A DNA stretch of 63,243 nucleotides, filler included. It is 4 parts of 4 records of this genome, joined end to end, with 100 filler letters (N's around TTAATTAATTAA, not from the genome) between each part and the next. Parts side by side here need not be neighbours in the genome. Positions count along the whole stretch, not along the records: positions 38,699 to 52,982 come from DRR378314_430; positions 53,083 to 63,243 come from DRR378314_433; 2 more parts are not named here. The stretch is one strand, 5' to 3'. The notes below the pieces were generated by a model that ran no database searches, was not told the origin of the DNA, and saw nothing but the letters and a program-made list of their open reading frames with translations. This document shows, piece by piece, positions 39,593 to 53,399 of the stretch (positions are counted from its first letter, which is position 1; every line of letters starts with the position of its first letter). The position numbers were made by a program, and so were the translations under genes.

Positions 39593-41861
39593 GGTAGCTT
39601 ACGCTGTTGTCAAAATGTCGATGCTACACCGAGATGAGATCCAGGAATCGTAACGCAAGGACTCAGCACATGGAGCTCGCCCCAAGGGATACCACACGAC
39701 AGAGTTCTTCCGAAGTGCGCAGCTTCGCGTACGGACGAGGTGGAACCGACGCTCCGCACCACAACGCTGCACGTGGCGCCCGCTTCCCGGCACCAACCCA
39801 CTGGAACTCATACGATACATACCGCACTGCTCTCAATGTCCTGCGTAGCAGCGAAGGTGGTGCATTCGAGGCTTTACGCGGGGTAGGGCGATGGACGCGC
39901 ACAAACGTTTAGTTCTTGGAAACCGCCAGAGCGCAGCGCCGCTTCACACAGCCGCTGGCAACACGATAGAATCCCTCGCGCGGGCAGGATACCAGTGGCC
40001 ATTCCGCAACAAAGGGCTTTCCTCCTATTTCCCAGGAGAAAATACACACATAATCTCCTATTTCAAAACCTTTATATCTACACGCAAACGCAGCCAATCC
40101 TGGCACCCGAGGAACGAAGGAGAGCATGCGCGCGGCTTAGCGCTTCGCACTGCGTTGCGCGTCACCAGGAAGGCGGAAGCTCGAGATGCTCATTGCGCGC
40201 AAGCTGCACGCGCAGCGCAGCAAGGCGGAAATCGATACTCTTACCAGCTGCGCAAGTGCATCAAATGCATCTGTCTAGTAATACGTGTCTATCACACTGA
40301 GAAGGGCCCTACTTGGCGCGTAGAGAGAAGGACGCGCGTTGCAAAGTGCGCACGAGCAGCACAAACACCCGATCGACGCCCGACCGTTACAGCCTGTTTC
40401 GAACCTCACCGTCGCAGACAAAAGGAGCAACAGCGCATTCGATAATCGCCGCCACCGCGCCCCATCCAGACATTTACGACGCAGATCCACCAAAAAGGGC
40501 GTGGTCCTGACAACCCGCAGCTATGTCTCGCCTTGTACTCGGTCGCACTTCCCTTCGCAGCGCGAGCGTGCAAGGTCGCCACCGCAGTCCCGCCGCGACG
40601 CCTGCCGGTGCGGGACGCGATGAGCGACACGGAGCGCCGGCGCCGTGGACGCGCCCAGCGCCATGAGCAGGGGAAATGGCGATCAGCAGCGCGCGCGACG
40701 TTCCCGCACACTCTACCTTTGCACAAGCCAATAAATCGTGCAGGAGCATGGCATTGGGGGGGGGGGCGCCGCCTTCCACAGCGGTGACGCCGCTCGTGGG
40801 GAAGGAAACTGTGCACGTCGCGGCGCACAGCAGCTTTCTTGCGCAGGGACCACAGCCCTTGTGCGAGCATTGTGCGTGCGAGGCGAACCGCCCGCGCACG
40901 AGAACGAAGCGGCGGCGCGCCTGGAGCATACTCCGCGCGCCGCCCCGGTGTACACAACTACCGCAAAGAGGGTGCATCGTAAACGCTCTCGTGTACCACA
41001 AGGGAGTGCGTGTTCTCTCCGACAGGGAAATCGAACCGAAGCGAAGGAGGGTGAAGCGGAGGTGCCACCGCACGACCAGACGTGGCTCCGCAGCGCAGGA
41101 GCGCCGCACTGGGCGAGCAGGTCACCACGCGCCAACTCTCGCAACCCAGCGTCACGCGGTCGCAGCGCGCGCTGATTCTAATCCAAAGACAATAACTATA
41201 CAGCTCCAGCACAATAACAATACAAGCTTAATAACTTCTCACGCTTCCCAAATACAGTAACAGCAACGCGGTTAGGTACACAAGCAGCGGGGGGAGAGCG
41301 ATGAGTAAAGAGCGGCCGCACCGCACGCAGGGACAGCGGCCAGCTCAATTCGAATGCAGCACGCCGCCCGCGCGCCGCAGCACACCGCCCGCGCTTCCCT
41401 TTCGAGGCACGCGCCCCTGTCTCCCCCACGCTACAGGCACCACTTATTCACGCACACACCGGTGGTTACGTTTATGTCGAAAGCTACCTGAGCATATCGC
41501 TATGCAGACGTACCGAGCAACGGAGAGGGACAAGCCGCAACTGGCGGAGGGAAAGCGAGCTACGACGGTAGCAGCAAAAGCGGAGGGCGGCGCGAGGCGT
41601 GGTCTCGGGCGGCGGAGAAGGATCGATCGCGCGCGGCGGCCGATCCCCACTGTTTGGGGTACGGGGGTTAGTCCTCAGGTATATAAAATCTCTGCACCCC
41701 CGTCATCGTGAACGAAACAGACTGTCGGTCCCCGCGTCGCACGGCGAATTTGTGCGTCGCCCTGCTGCGGACTCGTACACTTGCTATCGCCGCAGTGTCG
41801 CGCGCCACGTAAACTGCTGAACTTATTCGTGTCAAATCTACAGTCAGATTCATTTGCTACG

Positions 41862-44800
41862 ATGGTACGATCGCCGAAAGAGCGTGTTCAGGAGAAGAGC
41901 GGCGGCAGTGCGGTTGCAGCGTGGCTTCGCCTGCTCTACTCCGTGGACTCGTTGGCGGCGCGTCTGCACACAAAGTGTGCAGCTGCATGGCCGTGTGTCG
42001 GCGCAAACCGCGTATGTGGGCATAACACACGAGCGACAATATTTCTGAGACTTTGTTACACCTTCTGTATAATGATTAGAAATTGCGAACGTTTGGCCGG
42101 GGAAGGTTGAACGGAATGGACTGTGCGAGCTGTACTCGCGATGTGCTTCCTGCTTCCCCGTCCATGTTCCTGCGCGCCGCCTTCCGCCGAAGCGCTGCGC
42201 GGCCGGCTGCTGGATCAAAAACGACGAGCTCTACAGCAGGCGTTCAAACGTAGGCGGTGTGGTTTTCCTTCTATATTTTCAACTTTCTCACATGATGAAG
42301 ATACATATGTGACATTCTCCGGGTCCAGGCGCTGCTTCGTACCGAGCCGCTTAGCGTTGGAGAAGTGGCGTACCTCGAGAGCGGGAGCGACGAGGGCCTG
42401 CGCGCAGACGGGCGAACTCCCAGCACAGTGCGCAGCGTTGCCGTACAAAGCGGCGTCCTACAAAGTTGCCATGGAAGGTTCGTTGTACATCGATGAGAAG
42501 CCTGTTGAACCAAGGATGTGTATGCGTATCGCTCTGCTAATGTGAACCCTGGCGTTTGCGGGACACAATGGCTCTGCATGGCCGAGGCGGAGTGCGCGGT
42601 GCACAACGCCGCTTCCGAAGCCACGCCCACGACCTCGCAGCAGCACTCGCTGTATTGTCGCTCCCGAGCCACCGACTCGTACCGTGTACCAACGGATGAC
42701 TCCAGCATATTCTTGCTCGCATATTAAGTGTACGCTATATACCCGTTGCTGCTTCTCCTTCGGTGTCCGTGCAGTGCCAGAGCGGCACTCGGTGGAACAG
42801 AAGTCGTCGTCGGAGTGAAAGTCGACATCGGCACTCCTTTGCCGCACCGCCCAAGTGAGGGCATCGTCGACGTGCACGTCGAAACGTACGTTTGGCACAA
42901 GGACGGCGTATACTAGGGCGCCACGCGTAGTACTTGAACTAGTATTCTCCTTCTGGAGAAGGAAAAGTGGGCATGCTAACTTTGTCTGGCCCGTGCCGTT
43001 TTCTCTTCGGAGCAGCTGTGCGCCGTCGTCCTCGGCAGCTGCCGCACGCGACACGGAGGACTCTTGCAGAATCATTGCCGGAGCACTGGCCACGGTAAGC
43101 CGGTCTTTAACCCCCCTTGCGCACGAGTCTCTTTCTACCTTTGAGGGCGGTAATGCGCAAGATTGGCGTCACGTTTTGGTCCTCCCAGTACACGGTAGTC
43201 TGGTGCTCGGCTAACAACAATGCGAGATGGCACGCTCTGTGTTGCAAAGGCAGAGGTAGAGGCCAAACATGCCTTACCACGCAAGAAACGCGCGGTGCCA
43301 CGCAAGATAGCCTACGCGATTGCTCTTTACCATTGTAGAAACTCTTGCACAACTTCCTGTGTATCTTCTTCATGCGTCACAATGGTTGTCGCGGTGCAGG
43401 TAGACACGTTCGAAAGACCCCCGCTTGCGCTTCATTGTTGCTCATCGCGCACCGGCGTGCGCTCTTCAGTGCTGCGTTTCGCGTTATGCACGAGGCTATT
43501 AGCATCGCAGAGTATTCCTTGCGCTGCCAATGGTACTGCTGAACTGCACCAAAGGACAACGCCCTTATCCGCCCGAGAAAGGCACTTATCATACGAAACA
43601 CGATGGGTTAGCAAGTCGCGTCTTTCATACGCCTGCGGCCGTGTCCGTGTTCCTGCTACTCATCTATCAATGTTTCGCCCGGGTTGGATGCAGGCTTTGC
43701 AAACACCATCCGCACTCCCATGGAAAGAACTCTGCCTTGTCCCGTATCGGCAGTGCTGGGTACTCAACGTTGACGGCGTCATTTTGAACGATGACGGTAC
43801 GTTTCGCTCGTGCGCTCCTCCCTCCATCGGCTTCGCGTGGAACATCGGCTGCACCACATGCCGCGGAACGTCTTTGCGCCGAGACAAGCACCTATATTTG
43901 CGAGTGGGGCCTGTCGGTTCCAGATAGGACGACTCGGGTGCGTGGCGTGTGGGATCATTCGTGATCAGGCTGCACTCGACGGTAGTTGCTCAGCCTGCAA
44001 CATTGCTGCATCGGACGCCGCGGAGCGTGGAACCTATGGCCTATACGCACTCGTACTTTTCTCGTTGCATCTCGCTGCGCACACGCCACACCATCAAAAC
44101 GATTGCACCTTGAGCGGAGCATTGGAGAATGTGTGTGTTGCTATCAGAAGAAGTAACTTGCCTGTTGCATTTGACCACCGCGTGGAGTAACCATTTGGGC
44201 ATTGCTCATTTCTTACTGTGCAAGCCGTTGCCGCCCGTGATCGCGTTGCTCTTTCCCTGTCTCGTTTTCCCGTGTGTAGGTAACGTTCTCGACGCCCTGG
44301 CCATCGCAGCCCGCGCCGCTCTCCACGACACGCATATTCCACGTGTGCGAATCCTGGAATCGGACGACAGTGGCGAGTCGTCTGCGAATGGTGCGAACGG
44401 ATACGCATAGTAAAGTGGTTGCGCCGCAGCTGCGCACACTGTACGGCTCGCTCCGCTCTGCGACCACCTCATGCCAAGGTGCTGGCGGCAGTCGGAACCT
44501 CTACATGTATGCTGCTTGCTTGTTGATATCCTATTTCAATCCATCTAACGTTCTTACGCGCTCCATCGTGTTTCTGGGTTCCTCTTTGCGCCATCCTTAG
44601 GGGAAGCTGTGGACTTTGAGATCGACGAGGACCCGCGAGCGCTGCCGCCGATCGACGCCCAGAATGTCCCACTAGCAGTCACCGGTGCGCTTCTGGGGGA
44701 AACGATTGTTCTCGACCCTACGAAACCGGTATGTGAGAATGAGACTACGGTTTTGAGTACAAGCAATGCGTACGCTAAAAATGTATCAAATACTGCATTT

Positions 44801-45400
44801 CTTTGGTTTCTTCCAATCCTGCAGTGGAGGGGACGGCGTGGTTACATCTCCGTGTGAACTGAACCACAGCGGGATAGACGCTCGTGGGACCGCGTGCTGC
44901 ATGCAATCTGCATACTGCGCTCGGTGGTCGAACGCTTTTTTTTTTCTTATTGTGGCAACATTTTATCTCGCAAATACTGGACTACTCTGTAGGAGGAATC
45001 CGCTGCCAAAGGTTTCATATCGGTCATCTGCTCGCCGGACGGAACCGTGCGCAGGCTTCTGCAATGGGGAAAGGCGGCGATCAAGCCTGCGGTAGTCTCG
45101 AGCCATATCCAGGTACGCTCCCGCTTACCAGCGGCTTCCTGGCATCTTCTCTTTTTCGTCCAATGTCAGATATAGTGCACCCAGCTTTGCATTGCTATCG
45201 AATACTTAGAAAGAAATCTTTGCGCTCGTGAGCTCTGTTCCCGGATGGTCTCCATCGGAACTCGTGCTGACCTGACGCGCTGATACGTCGTCTCTTGTGC
45301 CATTGCCCCTCGTTTTTCGCAACAGCGAGCAACATCACTTGTCGCTTCGATTGCTGCGACTGTCGATTCACAAGTAAATTCAGACATGACTCTCGCTTAG
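41862..45400 (+). CDS. RRP42: Exosome complex component RRP42/EXOSC7, 9 coding exons, 292 aa
   Basis: Exons 41862-41864, 42329-42477, 42775-42885, 43016-43094, 43694-43796, 44280-44390, 44601-44728, 44993-45112, 45326-45400; all GT-AG and phase-compatible (879 nt). Motifs GLRADGR, GSARAALGGTEVVVGVK, CWVLNVD..NDDGNVLDA..AAL..THIPRV, VLDPTKPEE. The first and last exons are least certain. Confidence 0.88.
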
Positions 45401-46163
45401 TCTCGATGATAATGAAAGGTGTCCCACTCTTGAGGATATTGTTTATTAGTTGTCGCATGAGTTGGGGTTAGTATGTCGCGACTGAGAGTCTGCCGCCTTG
45501 AGCGCACGCTACAGCAGTGTCACTCCGTCCGTGCAGCAGGAGGGGGAACGAAACACGCCCATATCCTCGAGATAGTCCATATCCCCCGCCATGACCCGGA
45601 GCATCGTACTTTCTCACACAGCGAGCGTCCACATTGGCGCTCCCCGCGCTAAAGCACTACCGCACGGACAGAATTCGCTCGTACCCGCCTAGCACGTGAG
45701 GGAGTGACTGCACCGAATATTGACCCGCGTATCCTTCCAGAAAACCCAATTGTTTGGCAACAAGTCGCAGTGTAGGACTAGACAGTATTTATTCTGAAGA
45801 TCAGAAGCCTAGTGGACTCTGGCAGCGCGAAACAGTTGGGTGGCAGTGCAATCTACAGAGGAAGCTCGAGGAGTGGTGTCGGAAACTACCAAGGCCCCAC
45901 TCGCGCACAAAGATGCGCGAAACGACACTCGATTGGGCACGAAGCGCAATTCATGCAGTATACCATGAAGAAATTAGACTGACTATGGGTAGTAATGCTA
46001 TACCATATTTGCAAAGTCGATTATAACGCACTGCCAGCACTTGCTGACTTGGGGAGGTATCGCGCGCAGCCAAAGCTAGTTCGTCCAGGCTCTATCGTCC
46101 TGGCGCGGGGACACCTTGTCGATCTGGCAACAAAACAACAAAAAAAACCTTCTTGCAATATTC

Positions 46164-49100
46164 CTATTTCTTCTCCGCAGCTTTTTGCGAAGAAACATAT
46201 GCAGGATGTCCGATGCAAGAGATAAAAATTGGAATCCCCAGAGGAGAGTATTCGATGGAAAAGGCCACGTCCATGCGATGCGGATTGCCGCTAGTGTCAA
46301 GTACATCAAGGAAAAGGAAAAAAGAAGCTGCGCGGCGCACGACGCAGTCGACAAAGTCGAGCATCAGACGCGCAAGGTCGTCATCTCCCAAAAGCCGTGA
46401 CGTCCTCAGCGACGTCATGGACGCTGAAATGTCGTCTTTTGTGAAACCAAGCTCCTGGGTTGCCGCAGTATTGACGTAGGTGGTGGACAGCAGCACATCT
46501 GTGGACGCTGCCCACGCCAGCGCAGGATCCCGACACGATTCAATCAAACGCTCTCGTGCTTCGATTGCTTCGGCCGGTAGAACCTCGCGCTCGTAGGAAG
46601 CCACACCGAGTTTTTCCGCCATCTCTTCTCGTGCGCATGCCAAGGTGCCTTGGAAATAGCGCTCCGAAGCGTCACTCCACGCGCTTCTTCGCATAGCATC
46701 GAATATCCACAGCATTCCTATAGTAAATTCCAGCGATGAACGTCAATCAGCCATGGCGGAAACGAGAGTCAGAATGAGCGCGTCACGCTTCAAATTCCAC
46801 ATACGCATCCCTGTAGCGCCTTCTTAGAAACCTGTCTATACAAGACCTATCCATTTAGTAACCCTCTTTATCACCCGAGATCACTGCGCGAACCGGCTAG
46901 CAAAGCGTCTTTCTCGCAGCGCGCGCACTGGGCCTCCCCAAAAGAAAAATCTCGCCCATGTGAAGGGAATACAGCAGCAATACGCTCGGGTTGAAGTGCA
47001 CGGATATGCTCACAATGTCATTCGTTTTGAGTAATGTGATATTTTCTTCCTTGCATGTAATTCTTATTTCAAGGTGGTCTTCGCAGAGCTGAACGTCGTA
47101 GCGCTGCACGGTGCGAGAATATCGGGGATGGCACGCGGGTGCGCGTGCAGTTGCTCGTGTCGGTAGCATTGTGGGCGCACCTCCACGATTCGCGCAGTGC
47201 TGGAGCCCTTCAAAACAACGCGAGAGCACACTGGTGAAGCAGAGTGCCAGGCTCCGCTGAGGCACCGTACGAGACGTCAACGCGGGTCGTTTCGTCGGGC
47301 TGTCGATACTCTCTGTTGCGTGTCGCTTTCGATACGCATACGGGATGCTCGGCGCCGCCGACGTGCTTGGTGTAGGTCGAACTGCGGCAGTACGGCCGGT
47401 GCTGCTCAACTCCTGGGCACTGGACACCAATCCGCCGACTGGTGCCACTCTATCCGATGGTGCTTCTTCTACGCTTTCGTGCTTGTTCTGGGTCTTTGAT
47501 GGGCTATTCCATATCGATGTACTTGAGCCCGCCTTCCCATCGGAGCGTGAGCTCGTCCTCTGCTGCACCAAAACGTCACAACAAGCAGCGCATACTCCTC
47601 TCAGCCTCTTTGTTCCCAGTACGTAATGAGATTTCACCTCCGGCCCCGACGTACTTGAATAAGGTCCGCCACCAAACCGCGAAACTCGCTGCACGTGGAT
47701 ACATTGCGATCCGCCGTTGGGCCGGAGCCAAAGGCGTCAACCGAACAGAGTTGCTGACGCTTCTCGCTGCTACCCCGCCCTGATTTGTGTTGGAGTGAGA
47801 ACCGCTATTGCACCTTTCGATGTCTGATGGCTTGACAATAGTGAAGAGATGCACATTTGCGATAGCTGCGCGGCCGCGTTTACAGCGGTGTCTGTAACCT
47901 AGGGTCGCAATCCATGAGCGTGCTCTAGCAGCGGGAAGTGATAAGCGATCCATCTGTATGAGTGAACCGCAAAAATGGTGAATTTCAGAGAAGCGAGTAG
48001 GAGTGCAGATTCAGCAAAAGGATTAGTTTTGCTCATTATTCCAAAACATACCGTGCCGGGCTCGTCATCAGTGCATGAGCTCTCTAACCCGCGACGAATA
48101 CAGCTCTGACACGGGCGGTGTTCATCGCAGGCCACTTTCGCTGTTCGGCAATTACTACATGCGCGGCGGACCTGGAGCAAACATGCATAGTCAGAGCAAA
48201 GTTGGGCGCATATCAAGTAAGAGTAACACTAGAGCACTTTGCATTTCGGAAGCGACCGAGCGAGACAAAGGAGAGCAATAACGCCTGAGGACTTTCCTGG
48301 GAACACAAAACGCCGGAAAGAACATCACTGTCGCGCCAACATCCCTGCGCACATTATCGAGAGATATTTTCATTCGTTGCACACGCACAAGTGACACGCG
48401 CTTTTTAAAGCTACGCAACTATAATTCCGTTAGGTCCACATAGTAGTGTTCCGACATCTGCATCTCGCGCTCGGAAAGCGGAAAGAGCACGAACAGCTTC
48501 TCTGCGCACAGCTGCAGAACAGAATCGCCTCCTTCGGCCCGTCTCCGCAGAAAAACGGCAAAGCGCGCTATCCCAAGAAAAACAAAAGCAGTGAAAAAAA
48601 ATACATAGATGCACATTCGACCACTCGCCAGGAGATGCAGCAAAATCGAGGTTCTGTTGCATGCAAGGGTATTTCATACAGAGTTGGAGCGCGTTACATC
48701 GATTTTCGCGCGTACAGAGGCGGTACGAGTGCTGGGCCCTTGCGCACCTTTCGCCGCGGAGTGCGCCTGCTGCCGTATCGGGTGCTGAGCGCCTCGTGGC
48801 CTGATGCGCCGCCTATCGGCGGAGGAACACTAATGAAAGGCATCTGGAATACCCCTTGCCCCATATTGCCCGCCATGTACGGATAGTACATTGGATGTAG
48901 ACCATGGAACTGGAAACCGCTTGCCTCAGCGGGATGGGAAAAGGGCAGGTGCGCTACAGAACTTGGAAGAGGTCCAACAGGAGGCTGAAATCGAAAATTT
49001 TCCGGTTGTTTCCCCTGGTAAGCGCGGCAAGTTGTACAAAGCATACAATTGTATGCAAATATGACAAATAAGATGGCAGATGTACACCAGCGCGGGAAGC

Positions 49101-50026
49101 AAGCAGAGTACGGAATGCGCGCACGAGGAAGGTGTCGACGACAAAGAGTGCAATCTGGCAGAGCAAATGGAATGACGGTCTTCCTAGCCTCTGAAACAAC
49201 TCAAGTGCGTACGTGGTACGATACGCAGCCCATTAGTAGCTTCTACGAAAATTTACAATAGTAAACGAGGGAGGACGCTGACCGACACTTTCTCATCACA
49301 CCCCGCGGTAGCGACATCAACCGGAAACGCGCAAAACGGAACCACGTACCTTGCCGTTCCTCCTCTCTCTGGCCTCCTCGCTCGCCAAATGCATACTGGA
49401 ATCAATACTTGAATTCATGATTGCCACATTTTCTCTCTGCATTGTAGCAGCCTATTCCGCACCTCGATCGCATTGCAGGAGCAGAGGGAGCGAAACGCGA
49501 ACAGCACATGAGAGAGGAGCTCGACGTCGGACGGGCCAACCAGAAGAAAGCGCTCATGTGCGGATACGCACTGCTCGGAATCCTCAACAACGAAAGGCCA
49601 GCATGATGAGCGACAGAGGGGCGAAGTTTCAAAATAAAAAACCGCGCGTACGATCTGTAATAGTGAATGTTTGCGGCGGTAAAGGGGCGACAGGAGCATA
49701 GTCCCAGAAATACACCAGAGCACACAGGCGAACGGCAGAGAGAGCGGCGCCGCCTTGCGTTTCTCGGCAAGCGCTTGTGCTCGTGAGCGGTCTGCCTTGC
49801 TATAATCGCAAACCACGGGCCCGCCAAACACTTTTCAGCTCATCACTATAACGAAACCAAGTCACTTCCCTTGCAAACGTCCAAAACTTACATTCGCGTG
49901 TGATGCCAAAGCATCAAGGATAAGAGCAGTAGATCTTGCGTCGTCGGATTGGGAGCGAGCTGTCGAAGCTGCACGGCGCGCCGCTGGCGAAGACAAAACG
50001 TGCTCTCTTCGCTCCGAGTCCGCCAT
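46164..50026 (-). CDS. Zn(II)2Cys6 transcription factor with C-terminal PAS-like domain, 5 exons, about 455 aa
   Basis: Exons 50026-49892, 49014-48748, 48171-48052, 47562-47271, 46717-46164; GT-AG, phases 0/0/0/1. CSNCRTAKVACDEHRPCQSCIRRGLESSC; PAS-like YVNTAATQELGFTKDD...DDL...DTSGNPH...SPLGIP. Confidence 0.72.
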
Positions 50027-52982
50027 GACGGGAGCTTTTCGCACGCACTGCCCTCGCCCTCCTACGGTTGAGAAAAAGGTAAGTAGGACATACCAAAATG
50101 CTTTCCTGTCAGACAAGCTAACAAGCTTGTCGAATAGGCTGGTAACAGACCACTGCGTCGTCGTCTTCGTGAAGGACCGAGGAAGGATTCGCCGCGCGGG
50201 CGCCCTCGGCTGCGTCGACGCCGTCGCGCGCAACTCTGCGGCACGGCACCACACCCGCTGTGCGCAGCGCACTGCAGGACACGGTGCGAGCGGCAGAGCC
50301 GGCAAATTTCTCTGTCTCGTACGAATATGTGCAGTTAGATCTGCACAATGGAGTTGCTCTCTGCGATACGTATGCGTCGTGATAGCCGTCAAGGATGTTG
50401 TTGTGGGCTCGGTCACTGTTGTGCGGTGCGATCGGGTGCGCAGCGCACGTGAGCCTCGGTCACGGCGAGGCGGCAAGGAGGCGGCGCTGTGGGAGCGAAC
50501 GCGGCGCCCGCCACGACGTGCGTCCTTTCGAAAAGCTACGCAATACTGCGAAACGTGCGCTGCTTTAGACGGGTAGCGTGTATAGCTTCGCTTTTTTGTT
50601 GCTCCTTCGTATGAATGTCTTGCGGGGTTCCCGTAGCTATCGTTGGTTTCCGTGCGTGGAAGAGCGTCGCTAGACGCGTTCGGGCGCACGTGGAGGGCGC
50701 ACACTCTTTGGCGTTCCAGTGGACGACGCGGGGGAAGTACCACATCCGCGACTCGCTTGCCGGCGCGCCTGCCAGCGGTACCGCGCAGAAGCTGCCGCGT
50801 GCACGCGGAAGAAGCTACTCAATAATCCGCGCCCTGGCGCATGCACTGCCTCGTTGCCTTTTTGTAGCCAGATATCTACAAACGGAAACCGCTACGCAAG
50901 CTCGTGAACCCAAAGGCGAGGTCGCACACACGGTCCCCGGCAAGGTCGAATTCGAAACCGGAGTGAACGCGCGCGAGGGTCTTGCCCAGTGGCTGCAACA
51001 GGGAAGCAGGCCCGTGGGCTTTTGTCTGAAGACCCCCCCAACTTTGCAGAATAACTATGTCACAGAAATTCAATTTGTATGGTACACACAATCACACCTG
51101 GCGCAAGCTTTCTTCGTCCCGTTTCGGCAGCGGGAAGAGGCCTCGCGCACAGCTCCGAGAACGCGCAGCGCCTGCGCTGCCAGCTCACCCGCGCGTGCTC
51201 GCTGCGTGACCAACCTTGAACGTAACCCTAGCTTGCTGTAGAGCGCATCGAGGTATCTATCTGCGAGCGTTGCGCCAGCCCGCGCACTGCGCTGCTGCTC
51301 GCGACGCCGGCGCCACGGATCGAGCGTTGTATGCGGCACTTCGGCGTATTCGTGAAAGCGTAGCTGATGCAAATGGATACTTCCATATCCACGGGGTCTC
51401 TTTCTCCTTCGCGAACGGAAGAGGCGTCCCAGGTGCGCCGCGTGGCAGATATGGAGGAGCGCCTTTCCTGCTTGCGCGCCGCCTCGCGCTGCCCCTATCC
51501 TTCTCAGCCGCCGCCCCGCAGCACTTCAGAACAGATGAACCGCCCAAATGTCCGTCCCGATGCCTGAAATATTCAAGAAAGAATATTGATCTCACGATTA
51601 AAAGAGCGAGTATATACAGCACGTCTCTTCTGCATGGTGCAGCGTTGCCTCAACAATTCCCGGAACTTCGGCACCGCTTCCGTGTACGCTATGCTCGCGC
51701 TGCGCAGGTGCTCGCTGCTGCCGCTGCGTTTTTTGCCGTTCCGTCTGTATCGCTCCTACGCGGAGAGCGCGTGCTCTCCAGTGTATCTTCCGGTATGTAC
51801 TGAAGAAATGCAAAGTGTACTGCTGCGTAACGTGAAGCTTTCGCTTGCTTTGGGGGCTTGATTCGGTCCGGTGTGTGAATCGCTTGGCAGCAAGCGTCAT
51901 CGCTGTTCGCACAGCGCGGTCGCTACCAAAGCGCTTGTATGTTGGAATTCGGCAGCGCAACAGCCCCGCGTATGATATTTTTCATCATCACTGCCGTGAG
52001 TGTGCGGTGTGAGTCTGAGTCTGTATCGCAGTCAACGACATGGGTAAAATCCTAGGATCGTGCCGCAGGAAGTGCTATTTCCCACTGCCGCACGTGGCGG
52101 CGGTACATTTCGCGGGAAGTTTCCCGGACGAGTGCCAGAGCGCACCTGATTCCTTTGTTCAAACACCGGACTCCTCCGAGACTATGATGTGCACTTGAGG
52201 ACTGCGCCTTGTCTGTGTGTACGAATCATTTCGGCGTTTGTACGTCGAAAGAGTAGCTACATCGCACATGTCTGAGAAAGCACAGAGACGGCCGCGTGTT
52301 GGACTTCCCTTGTGTTGCGACGCAAACCGTGCTCTTCCCGTGCAGAACGAGTTTCGCGCGCAAAGATACTGCCTATTTCCTCCATCCCAGCGCACTCGCA
52401 ACGCATTCCGTACAAGAAGCACATAGATGTATTTTTGTTTGATTAACTTTTCTGTGGAAGTGTGTGTTGTGTGCGGAGTTTTCGCGACGAAGATCGCCGT
52501 GGCGTGATATGTGTGGTTTCAGCGTGCGGTGTTGGTGCTCTTACGCCGCAGCGGGCGCCTCGCGCTCCTTTTCCTTCTCTCTGCTATGCAGTGCAATGCA
52601 ATGGCTGCTCTGGAGCCCTTCTTCTCACTACGTATCGACTTCTCTTCCTGCGTGAGAGGTACGCGATTCTCTGGCTCCGCGCGCATTGCGAAACGCCGAT
52701 GCAACAAAGCTGAGTTTCCTTTTCAAAGCGGATCTGTTTGGCGCGCCACAGCTCCAACGAAGTGAAGCACACGACGAGGAAGTTTGCTGGTACAAAGAGG
52801 ATGCGCCTATATTCACTGCAAGCGAATACTTTGCTGCTGAAGTGTGGAGAATTTGATCTTGGCTGCATCGTTTCGCGAAGCCCACGAGCGTTCGCTACGC
52901 AGTTCTCCTCCTTTCGGGACGGCTCTGCTTGCGCATACGGCTTTCCTTGTTTCTATGCATTTCAGATGTGCTAACAGCGCGC

Positions 52983-53082
52983 NNNNNNNNNNNNNNNNNN
53001 NNNNNNNNNNNNNNNNNNNNNNNNNNTTAATTAATTAANNNNNNNNNNNNNNNNNNNNNNNNNNNNNNNNNNNNNNNNNNNN
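52983..53082. other. Artificial contig-joining spacer
   Basis: 44 N + TTAATTAATTAA + 44 N. Confidence 0.97.
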
Positions 53083-53381
53083 TCCTGGGCATCTAGGCCT
53101 TTAACGATTTTTTCTACATCGCTGGCAGAAAGGTCTTCAATATAGTCGGCACGAATATCTTCATCGACTTCGGCGAGCACTTCACCGAGCAGTGCTTCAG
53201 GAATGTACTCCCACAATCGGTCGCGAGTTTTGGTTGGGAAAGACTCAAGCGTGCGCGCAATCGATAAAATATCGAGTTCAGTAAACAACTCGCTTAGGGC
53301 GGCGGTATCTTCCTCATCTAACCGTTTTTGAAGATAGAGCAGTTGCTCCTCTGAATTTGTGTATTTTTCCTCATCGCGCAT
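53083..53381 (-). CDS. mgtE: Magnesium transporter MgtE, N-terminal fragment
   Basis: Acidic helical MgtE_N-like repeats (IARTLESFP..R..LW, GEVLAEVDEDIR); runs off the contig end. Confidence 0.75.
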
Positions 53382-53399
53382 AGAGCCCGTCCTTATTGG

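Noticed and set aside
40756-40767. Poly-G run
   Set aside because: An isolated homopolymer in intergenic DNA with no supporting structure.
45400-46160. Possible snRNA or other ncRNA between the convergent eukaryotic genes
   Set aside because: I could not recognise any U-snRNA, tRNA or snoRNA signature.
47576-47953. ORF following an acceptor-like TACAG as an extra exon of the Zn-cluster gene
   Set aside because: The peptide is unconvincing and the model is already in frame without it. It cannot be excluded without RNA data.
38743-52974. Dozens of short overlapping ORFs in the third contig read as a phage or accessory island
   Set aside because: They overlap on both strands without recognisable families. 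The real coding sequence is split by GT-AG introns.
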